Assembly: GCF_009914755.1 (NCBI RefSeq)
Contig: NC_060928.1
Strand: one strand, 5' to 3'
DNA from: the human T2T-CHM13v2.0 reference genome, Homo sapiens
Length of the DNA stretch: 64,000 nucleotides
The notes beneath the pieces were generated by a model. That model was not told the origin of the DNA and did no database searches. It worked only from the letters and a program-made list of their open reading frames with translations. Position 1 is the first letter of the stretch; each line of letters begins with the position of its first letter. Shown one piece after another: positions 39,583 through 53,312 of this stretch. A program made the translations under genes and the position numbers.

Positions 39583-39980
39583 TTTGTTTGTTTGTTTGTT
39601 TTATATGTATATATACATATTTTTTATCATACTTTAAGTTCTAGGGTACATGGGTACAACGTGCAGGTTTGTTACGTATGTATACATGTGCCATGTTGGT
39701 GTGCTGCACCCATTAACTCCTCATTTACATTAGGTATATCTCCTAATGCTATCCCTCCCCCCTCCCCCCACCCCACAATAGGCCCTGGTGAGTGATGTTC
39801 CCCTTCCTGTGTCCAAGTGTTCTCATTGTTCAATTCTCACCTATGAGTGAGAACATGCGGTGTTCGGTTTTTTGTCCTTGCAATAGTTTGCTGAGAATGA
39901 TGGTTTCCAGCTTTATCCATGTCCCTACAAAGGACATGAACTCATCATTTTTTATGGCTGCATAGTATTCCATGGTGTAT
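39583..39980 (-). mobile_element. younger 5'-truncated L1PA (about L1PA4-6) 3' end
   Basis: actttaagttctagggtacatg...ccctcccccctccccccacccca...; candidate TSD tgtattat (39575-39582 / 39976-39983). Confidence 0.9.
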
Positions 39981-40774
39981 TATGTTTAACTATTATAATC
40001 ATCTTCATAATACATTCTATCACAACACTCAAGTACTATGTTCAGTTAGGAGGTGAACAATCATATAGCATGTTGAGAAATTCATGGCTTTATTTTGTAA
40101 TTAATAAATTATTTTAAAATTTTATTTTGTATTAATGTTTACAATTTTATGTACAATTTAAAGTAATATATTCATACAGGTTAAACACTAAATGTAGATA
40201 CAATTCACTTCAACAAAGCATAATCTATGGAAATATAATTTATATTTTTGTTAAAATAAGGGATAGTTCACTACTTTTCAAGAAATAAAGTGTCCTATAT
40301 TTTATTACAGATTATATTACTGTCTCACTAAGGTTTTGAGTAAACCACCAGAGCTTATTTTCTTCCAATTTCTATAGCAATAAAGTGAAGTAGACCAGAG
40401 AATCTTTAAAATGTTTTTTTTAAAGTAAAGGTTTATTACTTTAATTGTAAGCAATTTTTAAAAAGCAACAACACTTGTACCGCACAGATAGGTCACCCCA
40501 CATACTTATTCTGTTCAGCTGTTTTTTTTCTTTTGCTCTTTCATTTTAATCTTTTGTTCACAGTCAAGCACTGTTTCCACTTCTTTTTCATCTAAAATAT
40601 GTCTATTATTAGCTTAAATTTGGAATAAATTGAATGTGTGTGAAAACGTGAGAAAAATAAAATGCCCACAAGAGTCAAAATCTGCTATGCTGATTTTTTC
40701 ACTCTAGTATCTAAAATATAAGCATTGGCTTTTCCGTGCATTAAAGTAGGCAAAACATTTAAAACTATAATAAA

Positions 40775-41310
40775 TGTATCACCTAACTTCCGATTAGTAT
40801 CTCTACAATTACTGACGTGTAATATACCACGTTCTTTTTGCTTTTGCTTATAACTCCAATTAAGGCTACGGTCCTCTCTGGAGACTCCAGGGATGAACCT
40901 GATCCCAAGCTCATTCAGTTGCTGGGATTCAGCTTCTTTCACTTGTGGTAATGAGGAACCCACTTACCTTCCATCTGTCAACAAGGGGCTGGTCTTTGCT
41001 TCTTAATGATGCCCATATTCCTTGTCTTCTTTTCTATGTGTCCTTCTTTCCTTTAACAATGATGGGGAATCTCTCTCACGCTTCAAATTTCTCCCTTTCT
41101 GTTAGATCATTCTGACTGACTGTCATGCCTTCTTTTATGCCTTTACGAGCTCCTGTGACTAGCCTGGGCTACCTGGTCATGCTAGGTTAATTTTTCTAAC
41201 ATAAGGTTAATGATTAGTTACCTTAAATACATCTTCAAGTTGCTTCACAGCAGATGTAATGTTTGAGTAATCAGGGTAGAGGAATCTGGGGTAAACATCA
41301 TTAGAATTAA
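40775..41310 (-). mobile_element. MLT1E-like solo LTR
   Basis: tctggagactccagggatgaacctgatcccaagctcattcagttgctgg...ataaggttaatgattagttaccttaaatacatct. Confidence 0.6.
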
Positions 41311-41599
41311 ATAGTCAATAATGAATAAACTAGTGAATAACATTCAGGCTAGCTAAATTATAGGGTAATATTGATCAAAAGCTTTTCATTATTGGAAAAT
41401 CTTTGACATTTGAAAATCACAATAGCATTTTTAGAAAAAGGAGAATACACAATTGTGTAACTGGTGTGAACATATCAATTATCTATATGTTAGAGAACTA
41501 ATGATAACTCTAGTTGCTCATTTTTGCTTCTTGGCTTTTCTGAATTCCCTAAGATGTCCACAATACGCATTTATTAATTTTACAACAACAAAAATATGT

Positions 41600-43352
41600 A
41601 GACAACTTTCACTTTGACCGTGATCGAGTAATTGGACTTAACTTCCCATGATAAGCAATTATAAAACTGAAACAATATATTAAATAACACTTACTAGACA
41701 CTGGACAACATATAGTATAGATCTATGATACCTAATTTAAGGTAAATATTTTATGTCAGTCTTATAATCAACCTGATTCATGTCTGGAGACACACTAAAG
41801 ATAGTAGAGCTATAAAGGGGAACACAAGCAGAACAACCAAGTTTGAGGTAACCAAGAACAGATTTTTCAGAGTAAAGAAGTTGGAATTTTCAGGGTGGAA
41901 TGTCAAACAAGAGAGCCATGCAGAAAAACTGGAAAATCAGCACTGATTCCCTTTGAGACTCTTACGGAACACTGAGCTATACATTCATAGAATAAAACTA
42001 AATAAATTTAGGCAAAGAATGGCGAGAGAGATGTAGGCTCAACAAATCCAAGAGCTCACGCAAGGCTGGAAGAGGACTGAGTTCCAACCAGCAATGGTGG
42101 ACACCTAGAGCATTTAGTTGTGACCTCACAGGATCAGAGATTACTAGAGAGCTAAAGCATTATCCTTAGAGCAGAGGCTACTTTAACTGACTGATGTTGT
42201 TAACAGTTTGCTAGGTTGGTCACAAAGAAACAGCACAGGTGGCTTAAAAAACAGAACATCTGTTTTCTCACAGTGGTTAAGATTGGAAGTCCAAAATCAA
42301 GGTGTCAGTAGATTTGGTTACTTCTGAGGCCTGTCTATATGGCTTGTAGATGGTTACTTTAGTGCTATGACTGCAGATGATATTTTTTCAATTCATGAGT
42401 AACCTCAGTTTCTCTCTGGTGTCCAAATTATCTCTTGTTACAAGGACACCAGCCAGATTGGGCTAGGCCTTACCTAGATGGCCTCTTTTAATTTAATTAT
42501 GTCTTTGAAAGCTCCTACCTAAAAAAAATAGTTACATCCTGAGGAACTGGACTGTTAGGGCTTCAGCATACAAATATGAAGGAGACAAAGTTGAGCTCAT
42601 AACGTCCTCCTAAAAACAAGCCCTGAGACCATAAAATTAATCTTGCAAAAACTAAAATGGCTGATGGAAGGAAGTCTATTACTGTTTAAAGAGAAAAGTA
42701 AGCTTCAGCATCCAACAATGTAACACTCCCAGTGTTTAACATCCAATTAGAAAATACTAGCTATGCACAAAAGTAGGAAATGTGACTGAAGGAGATAAAT
42801 CACTTAAGAGGGACCGACAGAACAACAGCCATAGTAATGGAGTGATTAGAGAAGTACATTAAAGCAATTCTTTTAAATATGACTGAGGGCTTAGAGAACA
42901 ACATAAAAATGAGGCAAGAAATACGAGATATGACAAAGAACCAAATAAAACTTCTAGGGATGAAAACATGCAGTATATGAAATGAAAATTTCACTGAATG
43001 AATAATAGCATGTAAAATGAAACACTGAGGGAATAAAAGACTAAAATAAGAACAGTGTTCTAGTGTAACAGCTGTTGAGTAATATAAAATAATCTAACGT
43101 ACACTGGAATCCCAGATTATGAGATACTTCAAATAATCTCCACTTGTCACACATTCACACTTGATTCTCAGATTGAGAGTGGAGGAACAGAAAAAATAAT
43201 TGAAGAGTAGAGGCCCCAAATTTTCCAAATTTTATGAAAACTAAACCTACACAGCCAAAACGTCAATAAAAGCAAAGACAAAGAAAAATGAAACCACACA
43301 AGGATATATAATCAAATTTATGAAAAGCAATGATAAAGAATCCTAAGACCAA
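41600..43352 (+). mobile_element. ancient L1 5' region and ORF1, interrupted by an MLT1 LTR
   Basis: aagaaccaaataaaacttctagggatgaaaa and aattttccaaattttatgaaaac are ORF1-like; truncated at the THE1B. Confidence 0.65.
42197..42603 (-). mobile_element. MLT1A/B solo LTR
   Basis: ggtggcttaaaaaacagaac...ggaagtccaaaatcaaggtgtcag...caaggacaccagccagattgg...gttagggcttcagcata. Confidence 0.8.
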
Positions 43353-44418
43353 TGTATTTGTCCATTTTAATTCTGCTGATAAAGACATACCCAAGACTGG
43401 GCAATTTACAAAAGAAAGATTTTATGGGACTTACAGTTCTACATGGCTGGGGAAGCCTCACAATCATGGCAGAAGGCAAGGAGGAGCAAGTCACATCTTA
43501 CATGGATGGCAGCAGGCAAGGAAAAAAAAAAAAGCTTGTGTGGGAAAACTCCCCCTTATAATAACCATTAGCCATTAGTTCTTGTGAGACTTACTCACTA
43601 TCATGAGAACAGCATGGGAAAGACCTGCCCCCATGATTCAATTACCTCCAACCCCAAAGTCTCAGCAAATTTCAGCATTAATTCAAAAGTCCACAGTCCA
43701 AAGTTTCACCTGGGACAAGGCAAGTCCCTTCTGCCTATGAACCTGTAAAATCAAAAGCAAATTATTTACTTCCTAGATACAGTGGGGGTACAGGCATTCT
43801 ATAAATACAGCCATTGTAAATGGGAGATGTTGGCCAAAACAAAGGGGCTACAGGTCCCATGAAAGTCTGAAATCCAGTAGGGCAGTCAAATCTTAAAGCT
43901 CCAAAATGATCTCCTTTTGACTCCATGTTTCACATCCAGGTCATGCTGATACAAGAGGTGGATACCCATGGTCTTGAGCAACTTCACCCTTGTGGCTTTG
44001 CAAGGTATAGCCCCCCTCCTGGCTGCTTTCGCAGCCTGGCATTGAGTGTTTGTGGCTTTTCCAGGCACACGGTGCAAGCTGTCAGTTCATCCACCATCCT
44101 AGGGTCTGGAAGACTGTGGCCCTCTTCTCACAGCTCCACCAGGTAGTGCCCCAGTAGGGACTCTGTGTGGAGTCTCCGACCCCACATTTCCCTTCTGCAC
44201 CGCCCTAGCAGAGTTGCTCCATGAGGGCTCTGCCCCTGCAGCAAACTTTGGCCAGGCCATCCAGGCATTTCCATACATTTTCTGAAATCTAGGCAGCATT
44301 TCCCAAACCTCAGTTCTTGACGTCTGTTTACTTACAGGCTTAACACCACGTGGAAGCTGCCAAGGCTTGGGGATTCTATCCTCTGAAGCAAGAGTCCAAG
44401 CTGCAAATTTTCTGAAAC
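43353..44418 (-). mobile_element. THE1B remnant: partial 3' LTR (43353-43650) plus internal region, 5' half missing
   Basis: ctgctgataaagacatacccaagactgggcaatttac is THE1B LTR; the internal part is the reverse complement of sequence homologous to about 7620-8360. Confidence 0.88.
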
Positions 44419-44796
44419 ATTTAAAACTTTTAAGAGAATACAGCACACCAGGGAGACTATTGTTATGACTATCAGGAGGATAATACCAAGAGTTTGGAGT
44501 ATGCTCCTTAGCCAGGGTCCCATGAAACAAACTAACTAAAATAAAATAGATCAAAGAATGAGTTAAAGAGTCTACTCTCTGTAACAAAACAGTTTGTTAA
44601 TTCCGTACAACCTAATCTCTATAATAACTGATGTATTTCTCCAAGGGCAACAAGAAGTGCCAGCAGCTGCACAGATACTTCTCTCTTTGGCAGTAACTAG
44701 AGTAATTCTATTATTTAGTATAACTTTCACAAGAGAATGTAAAGTCTGCTGTGTGACCACAACCTTTACAGGAGAATCTGGTATAAAGCCTATCAT
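44415..44796 (-). pseudogene. ERV env transmembrane-subunit remnant
   Basis: SLVKVILNNRITL (ISD-like), CAAAGTSCC (CX6CC), then a hydrophobic anchor LGIILLIVITIVSLVCCIL in a separate ORF. Confidence 0.85.
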
Positions 44797-44798
44797 GA

Positions 44799-45129
<331 letters not shown>

Positions 45130-47108
45130 TATGAGGGATAAATTTCTAATCATTGCCTCATTTACTCCAAACCATGGAAAAGTAGACCAAAAAAATGATG
45201 CCCATATAGAAGAGTAAAGACTTCTTGGCAATGCTTTCTTTAATGCATGATGTAGGTTAAGAGGAGTGGACCACAATGTTCTATTTCTGATTGATTATGA
45301 GGCAACAAATTTATCAGTAAAATTTCTCACCTACGTTAGGCCTTCATTTAACATCTCTCAAGGCATAAGTTTGTCCGTGTATAAGGCTACCTGCAAAATC
45401 TGTCACAAACTAAAGTATGCTCCATGAGTGAACAAAACAGATCCCCCTTTCACTTCTATTGTTCATAGAAGCATAGGCAAAGAAACAAAAACTGAAAGAT
45501 TAAGAGCCTCATGACAGCAGAGAAATCTCAATCCACAACCTTGGGAGAAAGCTGTCCACATCATGGATGTCATCTTCTTCTGGGGAGAATCTTCCCTGGT
45601 TAGCTTTACTTTAAGATTTCCAATGGGTATGCAGTTCCAAGAGTATGGAGGGACACTTCTGAATTGTGAGATTATGAACTCAAAATTCAAGGTCTTGAAG
45701 TTTTGCTTAAGTTTAGATGGCAGGGGAAGTCTATCTCTGATGTTCTCAGGAAATCAAATTTCAGGTTTTCGACTGTGAAGGAGTTGAATGTCCTCAGCAG
45801 TGGACCATGAAAAGCTTTCTTTACCTGGTGAAAATACACTTTGGCATAATGACCTAGTGTGATAACGTCAGGCTTCTTGCATAGGAAAGCTTTTATACAA
45901 CCACAAAGCATGCACTGAAAATTATAATGGAATGAAATCTCTATAACTGTTTAAATGGCCCATCAGATAGCAAAGATGTACCTGATGTTTTGATCATCTT
46001 CCCAGGAATATCAGTTTGACAAACCAAACAGTGGCCATAAAAACTATTTTAGCAATTTAGAAAAGTCACAACACCAATATCTATCTATATTTTTAAATTT
46101 GGATACTTTTCTCTCTTCCATGATGAGTCATGGAATGCAGAGCTTTTAATACTAACAGCTTTAAGGACTCAGAAAAAACAAGGCAACCGTCTAGGTTCTC
46201 CATGAATCCACGTTTAACACTGGACTTATATCCTATTAAATGCCAGTTGTTTCTCCAATTTAGGTGCATAACTAGAAGGTTATTACTGATAACTAGAAGG
46301 TTATTATAGATGATTTGATTGGAACCATGGAGTTCATTCAAATTGCCTATCTAAGCAATTTTAGTACTGGCTGATTTAGCATAAAAATCTGGCAAAGTCT
46401 TTTCTTGGTGTTTAATTTTTGTTCTGGTAGGGTTAGCAATTTTATAAACCAGTATCTTACTTCAAGTTCTGAAAATTCTTACACTGTTCAAATGATAAGG
46501 TCTTAAGGTTACCAGAAACCTGTATTAAAGGGTGCTTGTCAGGGTGCTTTCTATCCTTTCATGAACCTCCTTAAAGACACCATAATCTAGGATTTTGTGT
46601 GCTTTAGAACTTTTCAGAAACTGCACCAAAATTAAGCAATTAACTGTGAAAATGACTTTAAATGGTCATAAAGACACAATTTGCAAGGAAATTTTATTAT
46701 TTCTCTGTGGCCTACAATAACAACACTAAAACCATAATTATGACTGATGGCATATACCCAGACATACTAGAAATTTAGAAATTCCATACAATTTTGGAAC
46801 ATACATTAATAACATATTTATTAAAATATAATTTGAAGAAGGTTAAACATCATGTCTTATTTTAAAATACTTCCCATGTAATTTAACATGTCAAATAATT
46901 CTGTTTGTCTCTCTTTTGGATGCTTCAGGGGCCCTGTGTAGCATCCCAAAGTTAGAGGTCAAGAAAGACTTAATTTTGAAGCTGAAATTTGATTTTGGGA
47001 AGCCTGTCAAATATGTCAAAGGTTTAAAACATTTGATCAAAATAGGATCACAGGTTGCCCTAAAATAATAGTCATTTATTTAGCTAAAGTGATCATTAAA
47101 ACATTGTT

Positions 47109-47145
<37 letters not shown>

Positions 47146-50056
47146 ATATTCTTTGATAGAGGAGACTCAGTCTTCCAAACAGTCAAAAGAGCCAAGGCAG
47201 AATGATACAGAAATCTGTCCTTTCTTCTTTCCTGTCTTTTTTTCTCCTTCTTGCAGTTTACTCACAAGGTGAATGAAAATGTTTTACTGTGTCTTATTAA
47301 TACTAACAAAACTTTTTTCAAAAGAAAACCAAATTTTACCTTTGCATTAATGTACTATTTATACTAAAACTAATTTTAATAAAACCTCATAAATAAATTT
47401 ATCAAATCTGGCATCATTTAACCACACAAGATTTCCATAAACCTTTCATTTACATTTTCCCCTGGCTTTCTGTATTCATCTTGTTTTGTCTATGTTTTAT
47501 TCCTTCAGTTTCAAAACTTTAAGTAACTTTAAACCAGACAAATTTTTTTTAAATACATTTTTATGCCTTTATAACTTTCCTCATCAAAATGATATCTTGC
47601 TTTTGTTTATGCACTCTGTATATAGAATTGTTTATTTTATATCTAGTAGCTTTAATTGTATATGTTAACTACATTTTTACCTCTTAGTTACCCTGATTTC
47701 TAGTGAAAACCCTAGAAATTTATATTGAACTATTTTATATCAGTATTTGTAGATAAAAACTATTTTATCAGTTTTTACAAAGAGGGTTCTTCAAACTATT
47801 TTTAACAGATATAAATATATTTAGCTTTTCCATCCCATATAAAATAACATGTTAAGGTATATAGACATTTAATATATACCTTATAGACATTTAAAAATTA
47901 TGAATGAATAAATTAATTAATTAAATAATAATAAATATAGACATTTAATAATTAATATTTCAGTGTTCTAACTTACAAATGACTAAGACATTTTATGATT
48001 AGCTGTTACTTCATTTAACATAACATAGCTTCAAGATTTTAAATTACTGAAAAGAATTTTTACATAGGTACCCTTCCTGGGTTTGCCCAGCCATCATGGG
48101 TCCCAAGTAGCCATACGGCACACAGGAGGACTATGAAGGTCAGGGTCTGCCTGAGTCCTGAATTTACATACCAGCTCTAGAGGTTAGAAGACAGAATAGT
48201 GTCAACTCTACCTGGAGTATCCAACCCCTCCCAAAATAGCCAGTAGACAAGCAGGGAAAGCAAGGAAGAAGGGGGCATATTGGGCTTGATTCTGGCTTGT
48301 AATTGCTGTTCTATGCACTAAGAATATGTCTCCAGACCTCAACATGGCCACCTATCCAGACCCCTGAATCCAGAGGCTGTAAACCAAAAACAGCTCACAC
48401 TCAAATCAAGCACATTTCTAATTATATCTACCTGATAATTTTGAAACCATTCCTATTTTATCAACAATTTTCAAGCTAGCTTTATTTACCAAATATTATC
48501 ACATACACATAACATGAGTAGACATACAAACACAAAAGGAGATCTTACAGCTTTCAGAAAGGATTTTCATTTTCCTGCATTTAAATAGTTTTTCTTTTCC
48601 CCATTTGGTCTATTAGTCTTCCAATACCTATTTCATTGCTCTAAGCAATTGTTAACTAGGCACCAATTTGCATTTCTAAAGGGACAACTCTTAGGTTGAA
48701 ACAAAAAAAAATATATTTCATAAGCACAGAGCTAAGATTTTAGGCCTAAATATTCTATCATCATTTGCTCAACCAAGGCAATAACAGTGCTCATGTACAA
48801 GTTAAGTCAAGACAAGATGGCCAGAAAAGTACCTTAAACAGAGGTATGACTTATTCTTTAAATTTAAAACAAATGTTAAGAGTTTCTAATGCACCAAGGG
48901 AGATATCATTAAAAATGAAAATGTCCTTAATAGATGTAAATTTCTTTTACAAGAGGGTTTCAAGATAGGCAATAAAATTTCAGAAAGGCATATATTAGTT
49001 TGATAGGTGTTCTTTTTAACTTAGCTACTGTTTCTTAGCTAAAATTACTGAGTTAAGGGTGGATCCCATTAAGAACTAAGGCAAAGAAAACATTCTCTAT
49101 GCCTGGACTGAGCATGGACAGATCTGAAAAAGAAGTGAGCCTGTTTTACCTGAGGGCCTAACTTTTAGAAACACTTTACTTAGAATAGCTATCTTTTCAC
49201 CTTTGGGCAGGTCAGTAACTAAGCCAAAAGTTTGGCAGATTCAATAATTCTTATCACGTATTTGCTTAAGGTTTTTATTCAACTTTTATAAAGAGTATTT
49301 AAATGAAAATACTGAAATATTTTTAGAAACTTCTGCATATCATTAGGCATCCCTGTATTAGACACTAGTTTGGGAGCCCTCATTTTCAAACACACTTCTT
49401 CAGTGAAGTGTTGTTCATCTGGAGTGTTTTACTGCAACTTATCTTTAGCAAGATTTTGCAATTTCTGTAAGACTTTGCTGCTTCTGGGGCCTAATATTTA
49501 TCCACATATTAGCTGGAAAATGCTCAGTTCTTCAGAAACTAAAGATCCAATTTTTATTTCAAATATTGGCTTTGGCTCTTAGTTCCCCCTTGATGAACTT
49601 AGCCAGTTATTTGGTTTCCCTACCTAAGCATGCAAGAAAAAAAAGAAACCAAGGGGGTAGAACACTAAAATCTCTGCAAATTTCCAAAAGACAAATTTTA
49701 TACTCCCTGCAATATTGCCATTTACTATCAGTTTCTTTCAGACCAAGACAGATATAAGAGGTTTGTAAATGAGTTCCAGCCAGGTAATTATCATATTCAG
49801 TCTGATCTTGGACCTGGTCCAGTTTCTGTCATGACTTCCAAATCCAATTTGGATCAGAAATATGTTAAAAAAAAGAAAAGAAAAGAAAAGAAAAAACTCA
49901 GATAACTCAAAACACAAATTTGTGGAGCTTTGATTTCCAAAAGAGAACTTACCATGATCCCCAGTTGCTGTGAGAAAGCAATGGACACAATGGGTCAGGA
50001 ACATACTTTGCTTGGTCACTAGGCACTACTGGGGGTAATTAGAAGTGCTACTTTGG

Positions 50057-50074
50057 ATCCCACTTCTGACACCA
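50057..50074 (-). promoter_or_regulatory. primer binding site, tRNA-Leu(CAA)
   Basis: minus strand TGGTGTCAGAAGTGGGAT, 2 nt downstream of the LTR; complementary to the recalled tRNA-Leu(CAA) 3' end ATCCCACTTCTGACACCA. Confidence 0.85.
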
Positions 50075-50076
50075 TC

Positions 50077-50463
50077 TGTTAAAGGAAAAACTTGAGTCAA
50101 ATTCAATTTAAGAAAGTTTAACTGAGCACAGAACAATTCACCTATCAGGCAGCCTCATGAGCCAGGGTAGGCTCTGAGATACTCCAGTGCAGCCACATTG
50201 TGGGATATTTATAGACAGAAAAAGGAAAGTGACGTGCAGAAAACAGAAGTGATGTACAGAAACAGCCAGATTGGTTACAGCTCCATATTTACCTTATATG
50301 AACATGGTTTGAACAGTTGACCCCCATTGGCTAAATCTCAGTAATTGGCACAAGAATAGGTTACAGTCTCTTTACATCTCAATTTAGGTCATAGTACAGA
50401 GAAAGTTTTAGGCTGAGCTTAAAATATGTAAGGAGGCAACTTTAGGCCAAACTTGATTTAACA
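50077..50463 (-). mobile_element. MER57 (A/B) 5' LTR
   Basis: minus strand starts TGTTAAATCAAGTTTGGCCTAAAGTTGCCTCCTTACATATTTTAAG and ends TTTAACA. Confidence 0.88.
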
Positions 50464-50504
50464 ATCTGGGTAGAGATATTTCAGATAAGACCTCTAGATC
50501 ACAG

Positions 50505-51056
50505 GGTATTAGTTGGGGCTCTCTAGAGGGACAGAAGGATATAGGTATTCATGAGAGGGAGTTTATTAAGGAGAATTGACTCACACAACCTCAAGGTAAA
50601 GTCCCATGATAGACCATCTGCAAGTTGAGGAGAAAGGAAGCCAGTGGTGGATAAGTCCAAGTCCCTAAAGCTCAAAAGTAGAGAAGCCAACAGTGCAGGC
50701 CTCAGTTTGTGGTCAAAGGCTCAAGAGCCCCTGACTAACCACTGTCATAAGCCTAAAAGTCCAAAAGCTGAAGAGCTTAGAGTCTGTTGTTTGAGGGCAG
50801 GAAGCATTCAGCATGGGACAAAAATGAAGGCCAGAAGACTCGGCAAGTCTGCTCTTTTATCGTCTCCTGCCTATTTTATTCTAGCATCACTGGCAGCTGA
50901 TTAGATGGTGTCCACCCAGATTGAGAGTGGGTTTCCCTCTTCTAGTCCACTCACTCAAATATTAACCTCTTTTGGCAACACCCTCACAGAAACAACCAGG
51001 AAAAATATTTTGCATCCCTCAATCCAATCAAGTTGACACTCAATATTAACAACACA
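50505..51056 (-). mobile_element. MLT2A2 (HERV-L) solo LTR inserted in L1
   Basis: gtattagt...ctctagagggacagaa...caatccaatcaagttgacactcaatattaac; about 550 bp; cacaggg on both flanks. Confidence 0.85.
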
Positions 51057-51992
51057 CAGGGAACAAAAGCACAAATAGACAAAGCTAAAAAGCTTCTGCA
51101 TAGGAAAAGAAACAATCAACAGAAGAAATAGACAACTTAAAAAATGGAAGAAAATATTTTCAAGCTATCTATCTGACAAGAGATTAATAGCCAGAATGTA
51201 AAAGAAAGTCAACCCAACACCAAAAAGAAAAAATAATAACCTTATTTTTAAAATGGGCAAATTTTCTGAATGGACGTTACTCAAAAGAGGACATACAAAT
51301 GGCTAACAGATACATGAAAACATGCTCAACATCGCTAATCATTAGGGAAATGCAAATCAAAACCAAAATAAGGTATCACCCCACCCCAGTTAGAATGGCT
51401 ATTTTCAAAAAGACAAAAGATAAGTGCAAGAATGTGAAGAAAGGGAAACGCTTTAGTTTAAATTAGTACAGTCATTACAGAAAAGAGTATGGAAGTTCCT
51501 CCCAAAACTAAAAGTAGATTTACCATGTGACCTAGAAATCCTACTACTGGTTACATATCCAAAGGAAAGGAAATGAATATATTGAAGAGATATTTGCACT
51601 TCTATGTTTATTGCAGCACTATTCACAATAGTAAGGATATGGATTAACCTGTTTCCATTATCAGATGAATGAATCAAGAAATGTGATGTGTGTGTATATA
51701 CATGATGTATATATAGTGTGTGTGTGTATATATATCTACACAATGACATATTATTCAGCCGTAAAAATAAAATCCCATCATTTGCAGCAACATAGATAAA
51801 ACTGGAGGACATTTGTTAAGTAAAATAATCCAGGCACAGAAAGATAAATATCACATATTCTCACTCACATGTGTGAGCTACAAAAAGTTAATCTCATGGA
51901 GGTAGAGAGTACAATGGTGGGTACAGAAGACTGGGATGGGTAAGGAGGAGGGGCTAGTGAAAAGGTGTTAGTTAATGGGTCTAAAAAGAATT
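51057..51992 (+). mobile_element. L1MA-type ORF2 3' end and UTR (begins at 50464, split by MLT2A2)
   Basis: aaaagcttctgca, catgctcaacatcgctaatcattagggaaatgcaaatcaaaacca, gttaatctcatggaggtagagagtacaatgg. Confidence 0.88.
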
Positions 51993-52385
<393 letters not shown>

Positions 52386-52877
52386 TTACTTTTAGAGATA
52401 GCGCACCTTTATTTTTAGATGTATCAGTAGATACACTAGATATTTTACTTTCTCTTGTTCTTGTTCCTTTTTTATTTTATGTTAACAGATAAAATTATAT
52501 GTATTTATTGTGAACAACATTGTTACTATTTTAAATGGCATTTTCTTTTGCTGTGTGTAAGGAGTTGTTTAAGTGGAGGTTGGTGATCTCTAATACTAAT
52601 TTTATACCTTATACTATCTTTTACACTACATTGAAAAGCCTCCTGTTTTGTAGTAATGTTCAGTTCATTTTGTTGGGTTTTCCAGGCACACTTCTTCTGT
52701 AGAGGATACTCTCTTGTGGACATTGATATGTGAGACAGAAACTCACTCACTTTGTATCAACTCCCATTGGTTTAATCACAAGCTTCTTTCCCAGACCTCC
52801 TCACATTCAATATTCCAGTTTGGCTCCTTTCATTCTTCTGGCCACATAGTCAAATCATTTTTCAATATTTATAAATC

Positions 52878-53312
52878 GAACGTGGATAATTTTTTGTGTC
52901 AAATTCACTGAAGCATGGGGTGCCCAGATATTTGGTGTGTCTGTGAGAGTATTCCTGGATGATTGGCACTTGAATCAGTAGGCTTCATAAAGTAGATTTC
53001 ATTCTCAAATATGGGCAAGCCTCAACCAATTCACTGAAGGCCTGAATAGAATTAAAAACAGGGTTGGGGAAGATTTACTATTTCTGACTGATTGTCTTTG
53101 AGCTAAGAAAACAGTATTTTCTGCCTTCAGAATTGAATGTGGACTAGAACTATATCATTGACTCTCCTGGTTCTTCAGTTTGTTGACTATAGAGCTGGAA
53201 ACTTAGCTTCCAGAATTACATGAGACAATTCCTTATAATAATTTTCTTTGTAATAAATCTCACGTAGCATATCTTATTGATTCTGTTTCCTTGGAGAACC
53301 TAGACAAATACA
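52878..53312 (+). mobile_element. MLT2D-like solo LTR
   Basis: ataattttttgtgtcaa...ggtgcccagatatttggt...ttctgtttccttggagaacctagacaaataca. Confidence 0.8.

Noticed and set aside
44099-44587. 162-aa ORF across the ERV/THE1B junction
   Set aside because: Not in the env anchor frame; non-ATG start; explained by chance read-through into the MaLR internal frame
46268-46306. 21-bp tandem duplication (ataactagaaggttatta) and the three atagacatttaa copies near 47860-47950
   Set aside because: Ordinary slippage in decayed ERV sequence
50057-50074. Possible tRNA gene fragment
   Set aside because: Only the 3' 18 nt including CCA, placed next to an LTR, so it is a PBS
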